Assembly (NCBI RefSeq): GCF_006345805.1
Contig: NC_042999.1
Span: 131,254,001 to 131,318,000, forward strand
DNA: 64,000 bases
Reading direction: 5' to 3'
Source of the DNA: Octopus sinensis
Lineage: Eukaryota
This document shows, in pieces, positions 12,945 through 23,822 of the stretch (its first letter is position 1; each line of letters begins with the position of its first letter). The translations under genes and the position numbers were made by a program. The notes beneath the pieces were generated by a model that was not told the DNA's origin, did not search any database, and was given only the letters and a program-made list of their open reading frames with translations.

Positions 12945-13236
12945 GTGAAGGCACATGGCTTAGTGGTTAGGGCATTCCGATCACGATCATAAGGTTATGA
13001 GTTCAATTCCTGGCAATGCGCTGTGTCCTTGAGCAAGACACTTTATTTCACATTGCTCCAGTCCACTCAGCTGGCAAAAATGAATAGTACCTCCAACCTC
13101 GTCACACTCTGAGAACTACATTAAGGGTACATGAATCAGTGGGGTGCTTAGCCACTTGGACATTAATTTCATGAGCAAGCTGTTCCGTTGATGGTATCAG
13201 TTGGGACCCTCGTTGTCGTAACCAACAGATTGCTCC
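12945..13236 (+). mobile_element. tRNA-derived SINE (family B here)
   Basis: A-box tggcttagtgg, B-box gagttcaattcc, central gtgtccttgagcaagacact; second copy at 48562-48879. Confidence 0.8.
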
Positions 13237-13434
13237 TACGTGTATATATATATATATATAGGCATGGTTGTGTAGTAAAAAGCTTCCTCCCTAACATCAT
13301 GGTTCAGGGTTCAGTCTTATTATGTGGCATCTTAGGCAAGTGTCTTCTACTATAGTCCCAGGTTGACCGAAGCCTTGTCAGTGGATTTGATAGATAGAAT
13401 CTGACAGAAGCCTGTCATATATGTATATATATAT

Positions 13435-13731
13435 CACGTAACTGACCAGGCTATCAGATGTTGCTACACATTGCTGGTCACAATGCGCTTCGCATTGTTT
13501 TAGCCTTCAAACAATGCCACCCCGCTGGCTAAGCGAGCAGGCCAACAGAAGAAAGAGTGAGAGAATGTTGTGGCGAAAGAGTACAGCAGGGATCACCACC
13601 ACCCCCTGCCAGAGCCTCGTGGAGCTTTAGGTGTTTACGCTCAATAAACACTCACAATGCACGGTCTGGGAATTGAAACCACGATCCTACGACCGCAAGT
13701 CTGCTGCCCTAATCACTGGGCCATTGCACCT

Positions 13732-13735
<4 letters not shown>
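13435..13735 (-). mobile_element. Full-length tRNA-derived SINE (family C)
   Basis: Minus-strand head gcaatggcccagtg..ttagggcagc..ggtttcaattcc; shares sequence with 32007-32216 and 229-345. Confidence 0.8.
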
Positions 13736-13776
<41 letters not shown>

Positions 13777-14685
13777 AGAGTGTGTGTGCGTGTGTGTGTC
13801 TCACCACCACTTGACAACTGGTGTTGGTGTGTTTACAAAAGAAACTTATAGAATAAGTACCAGGCTTAAAAAGAATAAGTCCTAAGGTCGATTTGTTCAA
13901 CTGAAAAGACCCTTCAAGGTGGTGCCCCAGTGTGGCCACAGTTTATGACTGAAACAAGTAAAAGATAAGAGAAAAAAGATATATATCTATACATATTTAG
14001 TCATCTAAGAATCTGTAAGTCAGAAAAATATGCACTCACATATTTGACAATAGAGTGGGTATATTTTTGAAAGTCTGCAATATAATAGATTCCTTATAGC
14101 TGATCTTACCAAATGGTTTCATACTGGGTACTAAAACCCAGTTGTCATATAACAACATGGTTAACACCACACTCTTCAGAGATGGCAGATATTAAAAAAA
14201 ATGGCGACTGCTCTCCATCATTGGAGGGGGAAAATATCACATCTGGCTTGTGGGTACTGTGAAAAAAAGAAACAAGGTTATGGGAGGTGAACTGAGGAAG
14301 GGTTAATATTATGAGTTATGTCCCTTGTCCCCATAGTCTGAGATGCAGTGAGGCAAGAGTTTGCTGAAAATGTGTGCAGCAGGTATGGGTTTTTATTCGT
14401 GTAGGGTTGGAATGTATGTAGAGGTTTTATATGTGTAGGTTTGAGGTGATGGTTGGTATCTGAACACTTAAGCCCATGTTTAAGCACATATGTGTCTGTG
14501 TATTTTGGTTAAACTCATTGCTGGCTTCTCAGGATATGATGGTGGCAGGACTAAAGGTGGGGAGCCTAATGAGTATGGCCATGGATGGAACCTGTAGGTA
14601 TCATAATATACACCCTCTTTCTAGCAGCCAGATATCTACCTAAACTGCAGAAAATACATTTTTAGCCCTTGCCCACATGAAAGAC

Positions 14686-14725
<40 letters not shown>

Positions 14726-14801
14726 TCCCAAAATTAATAAATATAAAGTGCTTCTTAAAAATGAAACCACTAATGTCAAATATTTTCAGTGCATGAAACA
14801 A

Positions 14802-15106
14802 CTATGAGACTTCACTATTTTCCAATTGTTCCAATATTTCATGCGTTCGTTTTCCCATCAAATGTCCATTTAGAAAAGGTTTCCTTGCACTGATAAAGGA
14901 TTCTGCATGAAACACTATGGTGTATGGGTTAATTGCAATAGACGTTCTTTGGTTTGGTTCCTTGACATTAAAACTCTGTTTCTGCTCAACTTGTCTCTCC
15001 ACTGGTGATGTCCTTGGCACCATGATAGAATCACTATCATGGAACATTTTTTTGATATGAGGGTTGTTGTTTTCATGTTTTTCCTTTTGTTTATATCCAG
15101 GGAAAA
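14802..15106 (-). CDS. Probable terminal coding exon, possibly of the coiled-coil gene starting at 30603
   Basis: Strong acceptor tttctctattttag|, phase-1 start, ~100 open codons to TAG at 14802; link to upstream exons not established. Confidence 0.45.
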
Positions 15107-16478
15107 CTAAAATAGAGAAAAGAAATGTTGGAAATTATATTTTATATTTTATATGATGGAAATTATATTTTAAAATAAATATAAATGCAAAAGCTACCAT
15201 TTTTCTTTTTTCTTTTTTTTTTTGTTGTGGGAGAGATTCCAAAGTTTGATTTTTTTTTTAGCGATGGAAATTCGTTCTTTGGTAATAAACTTTTCACTTG
15301 GATTATCAATGAAATCACAAGGTTTATTTGAGATCACCAATCAAAATTACAATCAATGGCTATACATAAGATCATCAGTTCACCTTGTATTTAGTCTTGA
15401 TAAACCTTAAAGTTAAACATATAACTAATCCAGCTAACGTGACATATACAGGAGCAAACACATGAACGCACTAAAATCAGGGGCATACGATAGAAATGAG
15501 AACTGTTGACAGTTAAAATGTTGCAAATAATCATAAAAATATATATAAAGATTTGTTATATATTTCTCATAGCCACTTCTTATATAATATACCAGATTTT
15601 ATTATATTTGCAATAGATGCTAATATCAAACTCTTTGGTGTATTTTTCTTCTCATACTTGTTGGTTAGAGACATAGCTGTGTGAATAAAAAATTTGTTTC
15701 CCAGTCTCATGGTTTCAGATTTTGTCCCACTATGTGACACCTGGGGCAAGTGTTGTCTACTATAGTCCAGACCAACCAAAGACTTGTGAGTGGATTTGCT
15801 AGATGGAAACAGAAAGAAGCCCATCATACATGTAAGTGTGTGTGTTTGTATATGTGAGAATATGTATCTATATATATATATATATATATATATATGTGCA
15901 TGTGTGTATGAGTGTATGTATGTTACCATGTAATAGTTGTAAAACAAGTGTTGCTGTCATACAAACAGTGTCATTCATTTTTAATATTCTGTACCATGGG
16001 GAAATAATACCTTGTTTGGAAATAGGAAGGGAATGGTGGCGAGAAAAGCATCCAGCTGGAGAAAATCTGCCACAATAAACTTTGTACGACCCGCACAAGC
16101 ATAGAATGTGGATGTCAAAATGATATCAGCTTTGTCACTATGGCTGCAAAATGATATCTTATTCACATTAACATCTGTCAGTTTACAACCAAGAAATTTT
16201 CTTTCTGTAACAGTCATCATTGGTCTTCTTTATGTTATTAAGTCAAGCTGCTTTAACCTTTTCACTGGCAAATTAAATTTTATGGTTATTCCAGTAATGA
16301 ATTCATATTTTCTGCAAGTCACATTGCCTCAATAATCTTGATATATCTCAACAGAAAATAGTTTCCAATATGTCATTCCTCAACAAAAGACAGATTGGTA
16401 TATAAAAATGTTTGCTGCAGTTAAAGAAATTTTGAGTGGACATATAAGATTTCTGTAGTAAATAATAATAATAATAAT

Positions 16479-16921
16479 TTATCTGGCCAATAGGCCAGAT
16501 ATAGTTGTCAGAGATCATGAAGGGAAAAAAAGCTTTCTAATTGATGTATCAATACCAGCAGATGACAACGTGTCTCTAAAAGAAATGGAGAAACTTTCAA
16601 AACACAAAGACCTGGAAATAGAGGTAACTCGAATGTGGAATATAAAAACAGAAATAATTCCTATCATAGTAGGCGCATTAGGTATGATAAAAAAAATATT
16701 CAGACAAATACATAACAAAAACACCAGAACTTACAAATATATATAACATACAGAAAATTGCACTATTGTGCACTGCACACATCCTACGCAAAACACTTTC
16801 AATACAGTAACCATCAGAGCATCACAACAAATCACAGCACATACCCAAAGCACACAGAGCTGCGCTCGGTAGTGAAGTGAAAGCACGTTATAAAAATAAA
16901 ACTACCGAATAATAATAATAA
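16479..16921 (+). mobile_element. 5'-truncated R4/Dong-like non-LTR element (REL endonuclease C-terminus) in a (TAA)n tract
   Basis: Hand translation NRPDIVVRD..FLIDVSIP..KEMEKLSKHKDL..RMW..PIIVGALG..IQKIALLCTAHILRKTL*; (AAT)n on both sides. Confidence 0.85.
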
Positions 16922-17386
16922 CAATATCACTAAATAACAATAAAGCTGGATGGCTACCAGAGCATCAATACTTTTCAATTAGTGAAAAGAGCAATATAAA
17001 AAACATCTTCTAAACCTGCACTCTTTGGTCTGTTGGTATTCTTTATAAATTGTTTCCTTGGAACAACTGCACTAACAGGACGTCTCAGCTTTATACGGTA
17101 GGTATTTGTCAAATTTTTCTGGAAATTTAAGAAAAAGAAATTGTTTTAACATTTCCTTATTTTTAACCTCTAATTGTAAAATAAACTAAGGGACAGTTAT
17201 CTATTTAATCATCCTTAAGTTTTTCTTGTTATGAAATGCTAAATAAAAAGTATCATATTCAAAGTGAAATGCACCAATCCAAAGGCTATAGCAACAAAGT
17301 TAGTTAGTTAGTTAGTTAGTTAATTTGGCTCAAAAGCAAATAGCAAGGCCATGTAGGGGGACATGGAGTTAAGTACAGGGTGGTGT

Positions 17387-19273
17387 TCATGTAAAGAGTT
17401 CAGGCCACTTGAGGTCCAGGGAGGCTTTGAACAAAGCAGTCGTCGGCATCTTCACCATCTCGTCTGGCAGCTTGTTCCACGGATCCGCAACCCGGACGGA
17501 GAAAGCTCCTCTCCTTCGATTGAGATGAAATCGTCGCAGGTAGAGCTTTTCGGAATGACCCCGCAGCCGACGCTCCGGAGCAGGAGTGAAGAACAGCTCT
17601 TTCGAGAGGTTACACTTCCCGCTTATGATGTTGTGGGCGAGAATGAGATCACCACGGCGGCGGCGTTTTTCAAGAGAATAAAGGTCGAGCGTCCTCAGCC
17701 TTTCTTCGTAGGACAAATTTTTGAGACCATGAACCATGCGAGTAGCCAGCCTCTGGACTCTTTCGAGGTGCTGTATGTCTTTGAGGAGATAAGGAGAAGA
17801 GGTTTGAATCCCATACTCCAATATGGGTCTCACCAGCGTGACATAGAGTGGCAGGAATATGGCTGCTGTGAGCATTCCGAATGACCGTCGAATCAAAAAC
17901 AGAATTCCGCGCGCTTTGTTGGCAGCATGGACGCACTGGGCCGAAGGCGAAAAGGAGGAATCCACCAAGATACCCAGGTCCTTTACCTGATCGGTCCTCT
18001 CCAGCAGCAGACGACCCGGCTCGAAATCAAGTTGAGTTGCAGGAGTATAGCCGACAGGCAAATGACAGCACTTTGACACATTCAGACACAGGTCCCAATC
18101 GTTAGACCACTTCCAAATTTGGTGGAGGCATCGACAAAGATCCTCTATACTACCGCGAGGAGCGACCAGTTTGATATCGTCGGCAAATAGAAGGGTGTGT
18201 TGCGTGAGGTCGTCGGGCAAGTCATTTATGAAGACTAAGAACAACAAGGGCCCAAGCACTGAACCTTGAGGCATGCCACTGCTCGCACTGGAGACGTCGG
18301 ACCGCGAACCATTAACTTGAACTTGGAAGGAGCTATCTGAGAGGAAGGCACCAACCCATCTTACAATATCCGGATGGAAACTATATGCTTGAAGCTTGAC
18401 AAGTAGTAGGCGGTGGTTTACCGAGTCAAAAGCTTTGGCAAAGTCCAATAAAACGATGTCAACAGCATCACTATCATCGAGGATGCACGTCACCAATTCT
18501 TCCATTACTAGTAAGTTGGTCAAGCATGATCTCTTCGGCACGAAGCCGTGTTGGGAATCAGTGATCGAGGCTGTGTTTAGGAGGTGGAGCATCATACTTT
18601 TCTTAAGAATGGTTTCGAACATCTTGCTGATTATTGATGTAAGGGAAACCGGTCGGTAGTTTAGCGGGTCTTCGCGGCTCCCTTTCTTGAAAATTGGGCA
18701 GATTATCGCTGTTCTCCAGTCTGCAGGTATAACACCCGTCGCCAATGACATATTGAATAGTCGTGTTAAGGGCTCGCAGATGACCGGAGCCAACGCTTTG
18801 ATAACCCGTGGGTGTATGCCGTCAGGGCCGTGACCCTTGTTGACATCGAGGCCTTGAATAACACGTCTGACTTGGTCCCGCGTGATGATCAATCGAAGCA
18901 TTGGAGGTACTGATCTATCAAATGGAGGGGGTTCACGACCATCATCTTGTTTGAAAATAGTTGAAAAAGCCTCGGCAAATACTTGACTCTGTTGATAAGG
19001 GTCCTCAATCGATACGCCTGTTGAGTCTACCAACGTTGCAATCTGGTTGTTCAAGCGGGAATTCCGCTGGACATGGGCAAAGAAGGTTTTTGGATTGCTA
19101 CTGGCATTTGCCGCGATTTTGTATTCATAACTGAAGCGTTCTTTCTTTTCAATTTTCACGGCTCGGTCTCGTTGAGTTTTGTACACCTCAAAAGCTGCAG
19201 TCGAATCCAGATTTTTGAATTCAGCCCAAGCAATATCTCTGAGTCGACGTTCTCGTTTAACCTTCTTCGTCAC
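17387..19273 (-). CDS. LINE ORF2, reverse transcriptase part
   Basis: NYRPVSLTS, QHGF..RSCLTNL, LDFAKAFDSV, GMPQGSVLGPLLF, LFADDIKL, DLG, CR1-type C-terminus RGHSEKL..WNKLP. Confidence 0.92.
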   Translation of the reverse strand: MTKKVKRERRLRDIAWAEFKNLDSTAAFEVYKTQRDRAVKIEKKERFSYEYKIAANASSNPKTFFAHVQRNSRLNNQIATLVDSTGVSIEDPYQQSQVFAEAFSTIFKQDDGREPPPFDRSVPPMLRLIITRDQVRRVIQGLDVNKGHGPDGIHPRVIKALAPVICEPLTRLFNMSLATGVIPADWRTAIICPIFKKGSREDPLNYRPVSLTSIISKMFETILKKSMMLHLLNTASITDSQHGFVPKRSCLTNLLVMEELVTCILDDSDAVDIVLLDFAKAFDSVNHRLLLVKLQAYSFHPDIVRWVGAFLSDSSFQVQVNGSRSDVSSASSGMPQGSVLGPLLFLVFINDLPDDLTQHTLLFADDIKLVAPRGSIEDLCRCLHQIWKWSNDWDLCLNVSKCCHLPVGYTPATQLDFEPGRLLLERTDQVKDLGILVDSSFSPSAQCVHAANKARGILFLIRRSFGMLTAAIFLPLYVTLVRPILEYGIQTSSPYLLKDIQHLERVQRLATRMVHGLKNLSYEERLRTLDLYSLEKRRRRGDLILAHNIISGKCNLSKELFFTPAPERRLRGHSEKLYLRRFHLNRRRGAFSVRVADPWNKLPDEMVKMPTTALFKASLDLKWPELFT

Positions 19274-20274
19274 CCAGGACTTGTGTTTCTTCCTCTTGGA
19301 AGTCCAACAGGAACTGCCTGGTCAGTCAAACAGATTACATATGCTTTGAGGGATGACCATAGTTCGTCAACTGAGGACAACGTCATCAGGGAACGCCAGT
19401 CCAGAAGCGCGGAAGCCTCGGTTAGAATTTCAAGATTAATTGCAGAGAAGACTCTACGTGGCAGCGAAGTAATCGTGGGCGTGGAAAAAGTTGTGTGCAT
19501 GACGAACTTCAGGACCGCATGATCACTCTTGGCAAGAGGGGCGCACACAGATATGTCTGACACTGATCTTGGATAGCGGGAGAATACCAGATCTAGCATA
19601 GATGGCTGCTGCCCAGACCGATGCCTTGTCGGATATTCAACATGTTGCGAGAGAAAACAATCTTCAGCCACGTCAAGAAGGGCCTGGCCGAACCGGGAAG
19701 ATGTTGTACAAATTGATGCGGGCCAATCGATCGTGGGAGCGTTGAAGTCGCCTAGTACCAAGCAGTCATGCGAAGCTGAAACAAATCTTATCGCTTCGAG
19801 TAGATGAGCATCGTCCTGGGGGTCGGCTAGAGGCGGCCTGTAGACAGCCAACACGGGCAGGCAAAACTTAGATAGGCTCAGCTTGCAATAGACGGCATCG
19901 AATTTGGTTGTAGGTTGAGCATTTGTGGGTAGAATACCGCAGGACGGTTTGTGCTCAGACTTAACATACACAGCAACACCTCCACCTCGCCTTTTTCCTC
20001 TGTCACATCTGAAAAGGACGTAGCCCTGCAGGTGGATCTCTGTGTCCTTTACTGCTGGAGTCAGCCAAGTCTCGGTGATAGCTATCACATCAGGGGAGTC
20101 GCGTAGGGCCAGTGTAAATAGTTCACTGAACTTTGGGAATAAGGAGCACGAGTTGGTGTAGACGATGCTGAGCTGTGAAGTCTGAGGGGCGGGAGTTGGG
20201 GAACAAGCAGAATAAAGGGCATCAGAGATAGCATCGTTGATGGGGGTATCAACTTCACTTCGATTTGCCCTCAC
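19270..20274 (-). CDS. LINE ORF2, APE endonuclease part (joined to RT by a -1 frameshift)
   Basis: VYTNSCSL, DVIAITETWL, RRGGGVAVYV, VYRPP, LGDFNAP, LDLVF, SDH. Confidence 0.92.
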   Translation of the reverse strand: MRANRSEVDTPINDAISDALYSACSPTPAPQTSQLSIVYTNSCSLFPKFSELFTLALRDSPDVIAITETWLTPAVKDTEIHLQGYVLFRCDRGKRRGGGVAVYVKSEHKPSCGILPTNAQPTTKFDAVYCKLSLSKFCLPVLAVYRPPLADPQDDAHLLEAIRFVSASHDCLVLGDFNAPTIDWPASICTTSSRFGQALLDVAEDCFLSQHVEYPTRHRSGQQPSMLDLVFSRYPRSVSDISVCAPLAKSDHAVLKFVMHTTFSTPTITSLPRRVFSAINLEILTEASALLDWRSLMTLSSVDELWSSLKAYVICLTDQAVPVGLPRGRNTSPG

Positions 20275-20323
20275 ATCACTTTCCCTGTCAGCACTACAGC
20301 ATGGGACCAGAGGTAGGACTTGA

Positions 20324-21730
20324 TTATCTGTCCATCTTGGATTCGTAACCCTTCTCTCCCATTTGTTTCCTCATCTTTAGCTCGGATATCAGGTTCCTCC
20401 GGCGAATTCTCTCTCTTAGTGAGTATTCCTCGCGAAAACCCATATTGGGGTCCTCCCAGGCATGCGTCTGAGCTCTGTTCAGAAAGACTGAAGCCTCCCG
20501 ATCAGAAGAAAAGATTACCCTTATTGGGCGTGGTCTAGTATCTGCGGTTGGGTTCGCTTGGAATCTTCCTAGCCGAGCGACCTTAAGAACACTGACATTT
20601 TCGTTCACAGAGAACAATTTTCCAACCAAAATGGAAACAAAATTAATGTCATCTTTTAGGCGGTTTATGCCTGTATCACAGGTGGATTCAGCTTTGCCAT
20701 ATATTATTGCCGATCTTGAGTGGGCAAAAAGTTCTCTACTATGAGCTGCGGTATTCGATTCTTCATTGGAGGATTTCGAAAGGGTGGTTTCATAGCCATC
20801 GGACTTATGTCGGCCTGTGGGGTCGATCGGAATGGATTTAGTGGTCATAATTTTCCCGCCTGGTTTGGAACTGCACTGCCTCTTCTTCGGTTTGGGGGAG
20901 CACCACTCCCCAGATGAACCCACATCGAGATCGTTCAGAATTGGTTGAGCAATGGCATTAATGGGAAGGACAAGTGAAGGAGAATCCAAACAGATTTTAT
21001 CGTGATCAGGTTTCATAGCCAAATCTGCCCCTCTGGAGTTTTGACTACGTTTCTTCTTTTGGGGAGAACAACGGTCTTCAGGTGGGTTTGAGTCTATGCT
21101 CCTCGAACTAGGTTGGGGAACCTCCGGGACCGAAAAGGCAGATGAGGAAGAATCCGCACAGGAATGATCATGTGCAGGAACGACCGCCGGTTCCTTCGCC
21201 TTCTTTGGCCGCTTCGATTTTGTTCCCTTCGGTTTGGACGTCTCCAGGGAAGAAATCAAGGGTGACTCTGCGTCAACAGGAGACCGTTTATCGTGGTCAG
21301 GTTTCATAGCTAAATCCGCCCCACTGGAGTTTTGACAACGTTTCTTCTTTTGGGGAGAACAACGGTCTTCAGGTGGGTTTGAGTCTACGCTCCTCAAATT
21401 AGGTTGGGGAACCTCCGGGACCGAAAAGGCAGATGAGGAAGAATCCGCACGGGAACGATCATGTGTAGAAACAACCGCCGGTTCCTTCGCCTTCTTTGGC
21501 CGCCTCGATTTTGTTCCCTTCGGTTTGGACGTCTCCGGGGAAGAAATCAAGGGTGACTCTGCGTCAACAGGAGACTGTTTATTCAGTAAGAGAGCAACAA
21601 CAGACTTTAGGTGCTCAACCTCTTGTTTGAGCAACAGCAACTGTTCGTTGAGCTGACTATTGGTAGGACCATCATCTTGATGAGAAGCCCTACTTGCAGA
21701 TCTCAGTTTCGATGCGTAGGTAGCTGACAT
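20324..21730 (-). CDS. LINE ORF1 (N-terminal coiled coil, duplicated low-complexity linker, C-terminal RRM-like region)
   Basis: 468-aa ORF; LNEQLLLLKQEVEHLKSVV coiled coil; AIIYGKAES..RLGR..RPRPIRVIF..RERIRRRNLISELK resembles CR1/L2-type ORF1. Confidence 0.8.
   Translation of the reverse strand: MSATYASKLRSASRASHQDDGPTNSQLNEQLLLLKQEVEHLKSVVALLLNKQSPVDAESPLISSPETSKPKGTKSRRPKKAKEPAVVSTHDRSRADSSSSAFSVPEVPQPNLRSVDSNPPEDRCSPQKKKRCQNSSGADLAMKPDHDKRSPVDAESPLISSLETSKPKGTKSKRPKKAKEPAVVPAHDHSCADSSSSAFSVPEVPQPSSRSIDSNPPEDRCSPQKKKRSQNSRGADLAMKPDHDKICLDSPSLVLPINAIAQPILNDLDVGSSGEWCSPKPKKRQCSSKPGGKIMTTKSIPIDPTGRHKSDGYETTLSKSSNEESNTAAHSRELFAHSRSAIIYGKAESTCDTGINRLKDDINFVSILVGKLFSVNENVSVLKVARLGRFQANPTADTRPRPIRVIFSSDREASVFLNRAQTHAWEDPNMGFREEYSLRERIRRRNLISELKMRKQMGEKGYESKMDR
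20997..21575 (-). repeat. In-frame 291-bp (97-codon) tandem duplication within LINE ORF1
   Basis: cgtcaacagg at 21271 and 21562; tcgtg(a/g)tcag at 21000 and 21291; offset 291. Confidence 0.95.
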
Positions 21731-22643
21731 GATGGATGGTTGACTAAAAACAATCTTCTATGGGCTCTAGGACAATCGGGGTTAAATCAGGAACAAAAAA
21801 CAGGTGCAATCCTTGTAGGAGTAGGCAACAGCAGACAAAAACTGAGAGAGTTTGGGCTGAGCCGAATCACAATCCAAGATTGAAAGCAGACGGTGCAACG
21901 AGTCGGGAACCCTTCCTAATTGTCTGAAGCAGCTTTAGGATAAGGGATAGTATGTCCAAACTTTAGAATATTGATATGCATGTAACATGTTCCACACGAT
22001 TAAATATCATTTGACGTGCCATTTAGTACTTCAATAATTGCATCTGCGCATGTTTGTATAACCCTTTGCCTGTTCAAAGCATTTTCGTAAGTTTGTAGTA
22101 AATGTCCGTACTTGTTTTCAGGCGTTTAGTTAGCCCTTGTTTCATACATTCTGAGTGATATAAAACTTTCTGTTCATAAGTCACAATTTATTCCAGTGGT
22201 TGAAAAAAAATTGGAAATGTGTAACACATAAGATGCATGGATGCCAAAGAAACAGGTCTTGTGTATCAAGTACAGGCAAAGGGTTAAGTTTTAGTCAGCA
22301 GAGACAACTTGAAACAGAATACATTTTTTTACTTGTTTCAGTCACTGAACTGAGGCCATACTGGAGCAATGCCTTGTAGGGTTAATTGAAGAAATTAAAC
22401 TCAGTATTTCGTTTTTTAAAGTCTGGTACTTTAAAAAAAGGGTGTGGGAGGTGTGGGCCCATGAGACCCTGGGATGGGGACAGCAGCGTCATGTACCTGA
22501 AAAGAAAGCTCACATTTGGCAGAATTCATAAACAAACAATATCCTTCAACCTGCATACACTATACCATCATTTTTATGCGCTACATGATCACTACTTTAC
22601 ATAGGAGATAAACCCTAAATAGGGGTGGGGATGGAGTTAAGCT

Positions 22644-22800
22644 TTTAGAAGTGTTCATAGGAGACAACCAAAAGATGTCAGAGGATAGGGACTTCCAGTA
22701 CAAGTGATGGGGTTGGGAGGCCTTTAGAAGTTTTCATGGGAGACAACCAAAAGATGTCAGAAGATAGGGACTTCTGGTACAGGTGGTGGGGTGAGAGGGC
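22644..22800. repeat. 79-bp tandem duplication
   Basis: tttagaag..ggagacaaccaaaagatgtcaga.gatagggacttc..gtaca.gtg.tggggt at 22644 and 22723. Confidence 0.85.
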
Positions 22801-23152
22801 GGGCGTACTGCAAAATTAGAGAAGAATGTCTTCAGGATTTGTATTCTTTTGGCAGAGTTATTAAAATGAAGTAGTGGAATCCAAGTGAGCTAGTTTATAT
22901 AGGGTGGGGTAATGGAGAAGGGGGAACTGTTAGAGAAGCAAGTGGTTATATATACATATATATACACACACACACACGCACTGCAAAGCTGGCAGCTCAC
23001 AGCGGACTTTTATCCCACTCAAACTTCACCTGTTATCTCCAGAGGTAATGAACCTCATGTAAACAGAGCTTATAACGAACCACGCGCTGCCATAAAGATG
23101 GTCACTGGGAGCAAGCCACATGAACGACAACTAAAAATAAACAACTACAGAA

Positions 23153-23350
23153 TTACACTCCGCTTGTAAACTTCTTTGTGTTCCAGATCCTTAAGACTAC
23201 AGAGATAATTGTAATGGAAGAAGGAGATACTCCACAGGTATCACAAGCCTTCAATTCCATTATAATTTGTTTTAATTGCTGTTTAACTTCAGATAAGCTC
23301 TGACTGAATTGAGTTAACTTATGATTAAAGGGATTCCAGTTATGACCAAC
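23153..23350 (-). CDS. Coiled-coil gene, exon 4 (VGHNWNPF..SLSEVKQQLKQIIMELKAC..); terminal or internally spliced
   Basis: Polypyrimidine tract plus acag| acceptor, phase 0 matches previous exon; open to TAA at 23153. Confidence 0.55.
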   Translation of the reverse strand, partial: VGHNWNPFNHKLTQFSQSLSEVKQQLKQIIMELKACDTCGVSPSSITIISVVLRIWNTKKFTSGV

Positions 23351-23693
23351 CTGTCTTTGAAGGAAAAAATAAATAAGCAGATAATAAAAAAAATAAAAGA
23401 CAGGTAATAAAAAACAGTGTAGTAAGCAAACCCATATTCATTCACACAAAATACACATGCTAAACACATAGACACATGCATGCACGCACACACACGAACA
23501 CTTGTGCAGATAAGGATGCATAAAAAATTTCAGGCTTTGTGCCTAGAGTAGAAAAGAATATTAATATTGTGCTGTTTTACATTTAATGAAACTGATGAAA
23601 TGAATGTTGTCTGCATTGTAAATGATTGCAACCGAATTTCTAAATGATCTCAAATGATGTCAGTATAATCATAGTCAGTATAATTCAACTTAC

Positions 23694-23822
23694 ACAGTTG
23701 GTAATAGGTACTTTGTTAATGGAAGGTGCAGGCTGTATTGAGAGATTTTCCAAAGCTAAACTGTTAATGTCTGTAGTTGATGGTTTTGAATCTACTTCAT
23801 TCATTCTGTTTTGTTTCAAATC
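23694..23822 (-). CDS. Coiled-coil gene, exon 3 (DLKQNRMNEVDSKP..KVPITNC)
   Basis: ttttactttcag| acceptor, |gtaagt donor, 129 bp open, phase 0-0. Confidence 0.7.

Larger units (their letters stand above)
17299..21910 (-). mobile_element. Near full-length CR1-like LINE (ORF1 + APE/RT ORF2), 3' stem-loop and (TAAC)6 tail
   Basis: ORFs below; minus-strand CCATGT-CCCCCT-ACATGG hairpin at 17349-17366; tail 17299-17322; 5' boundary approximate; no TSD found. Confidence 0.9.

Noticed and set aside
12945-13020. tRNA genes at SINE heads (also 32150-32216, 48562-48620)
   Set aside because: A and B boxes are present but there is no complete cloverleaf, and each continues into a SINE body
14278-14660. 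Possible additional Penelope RT remnant (minus strand)
   Set aside because: Only faint motif hints (QTMGT); too degraded to support
17363-19522. Plus-strand ORFs of 74-173 aa overlapping the LINE
   Set aside because: Antisense shadows of a GC-rich coding strand
17260-21960. Target-site duplication for the CR1-like LINE
   Set aside because: The flank next to the tail (ggctatagcaacaaa) is not found at the 5' side, so the 5' boundary remains approximate
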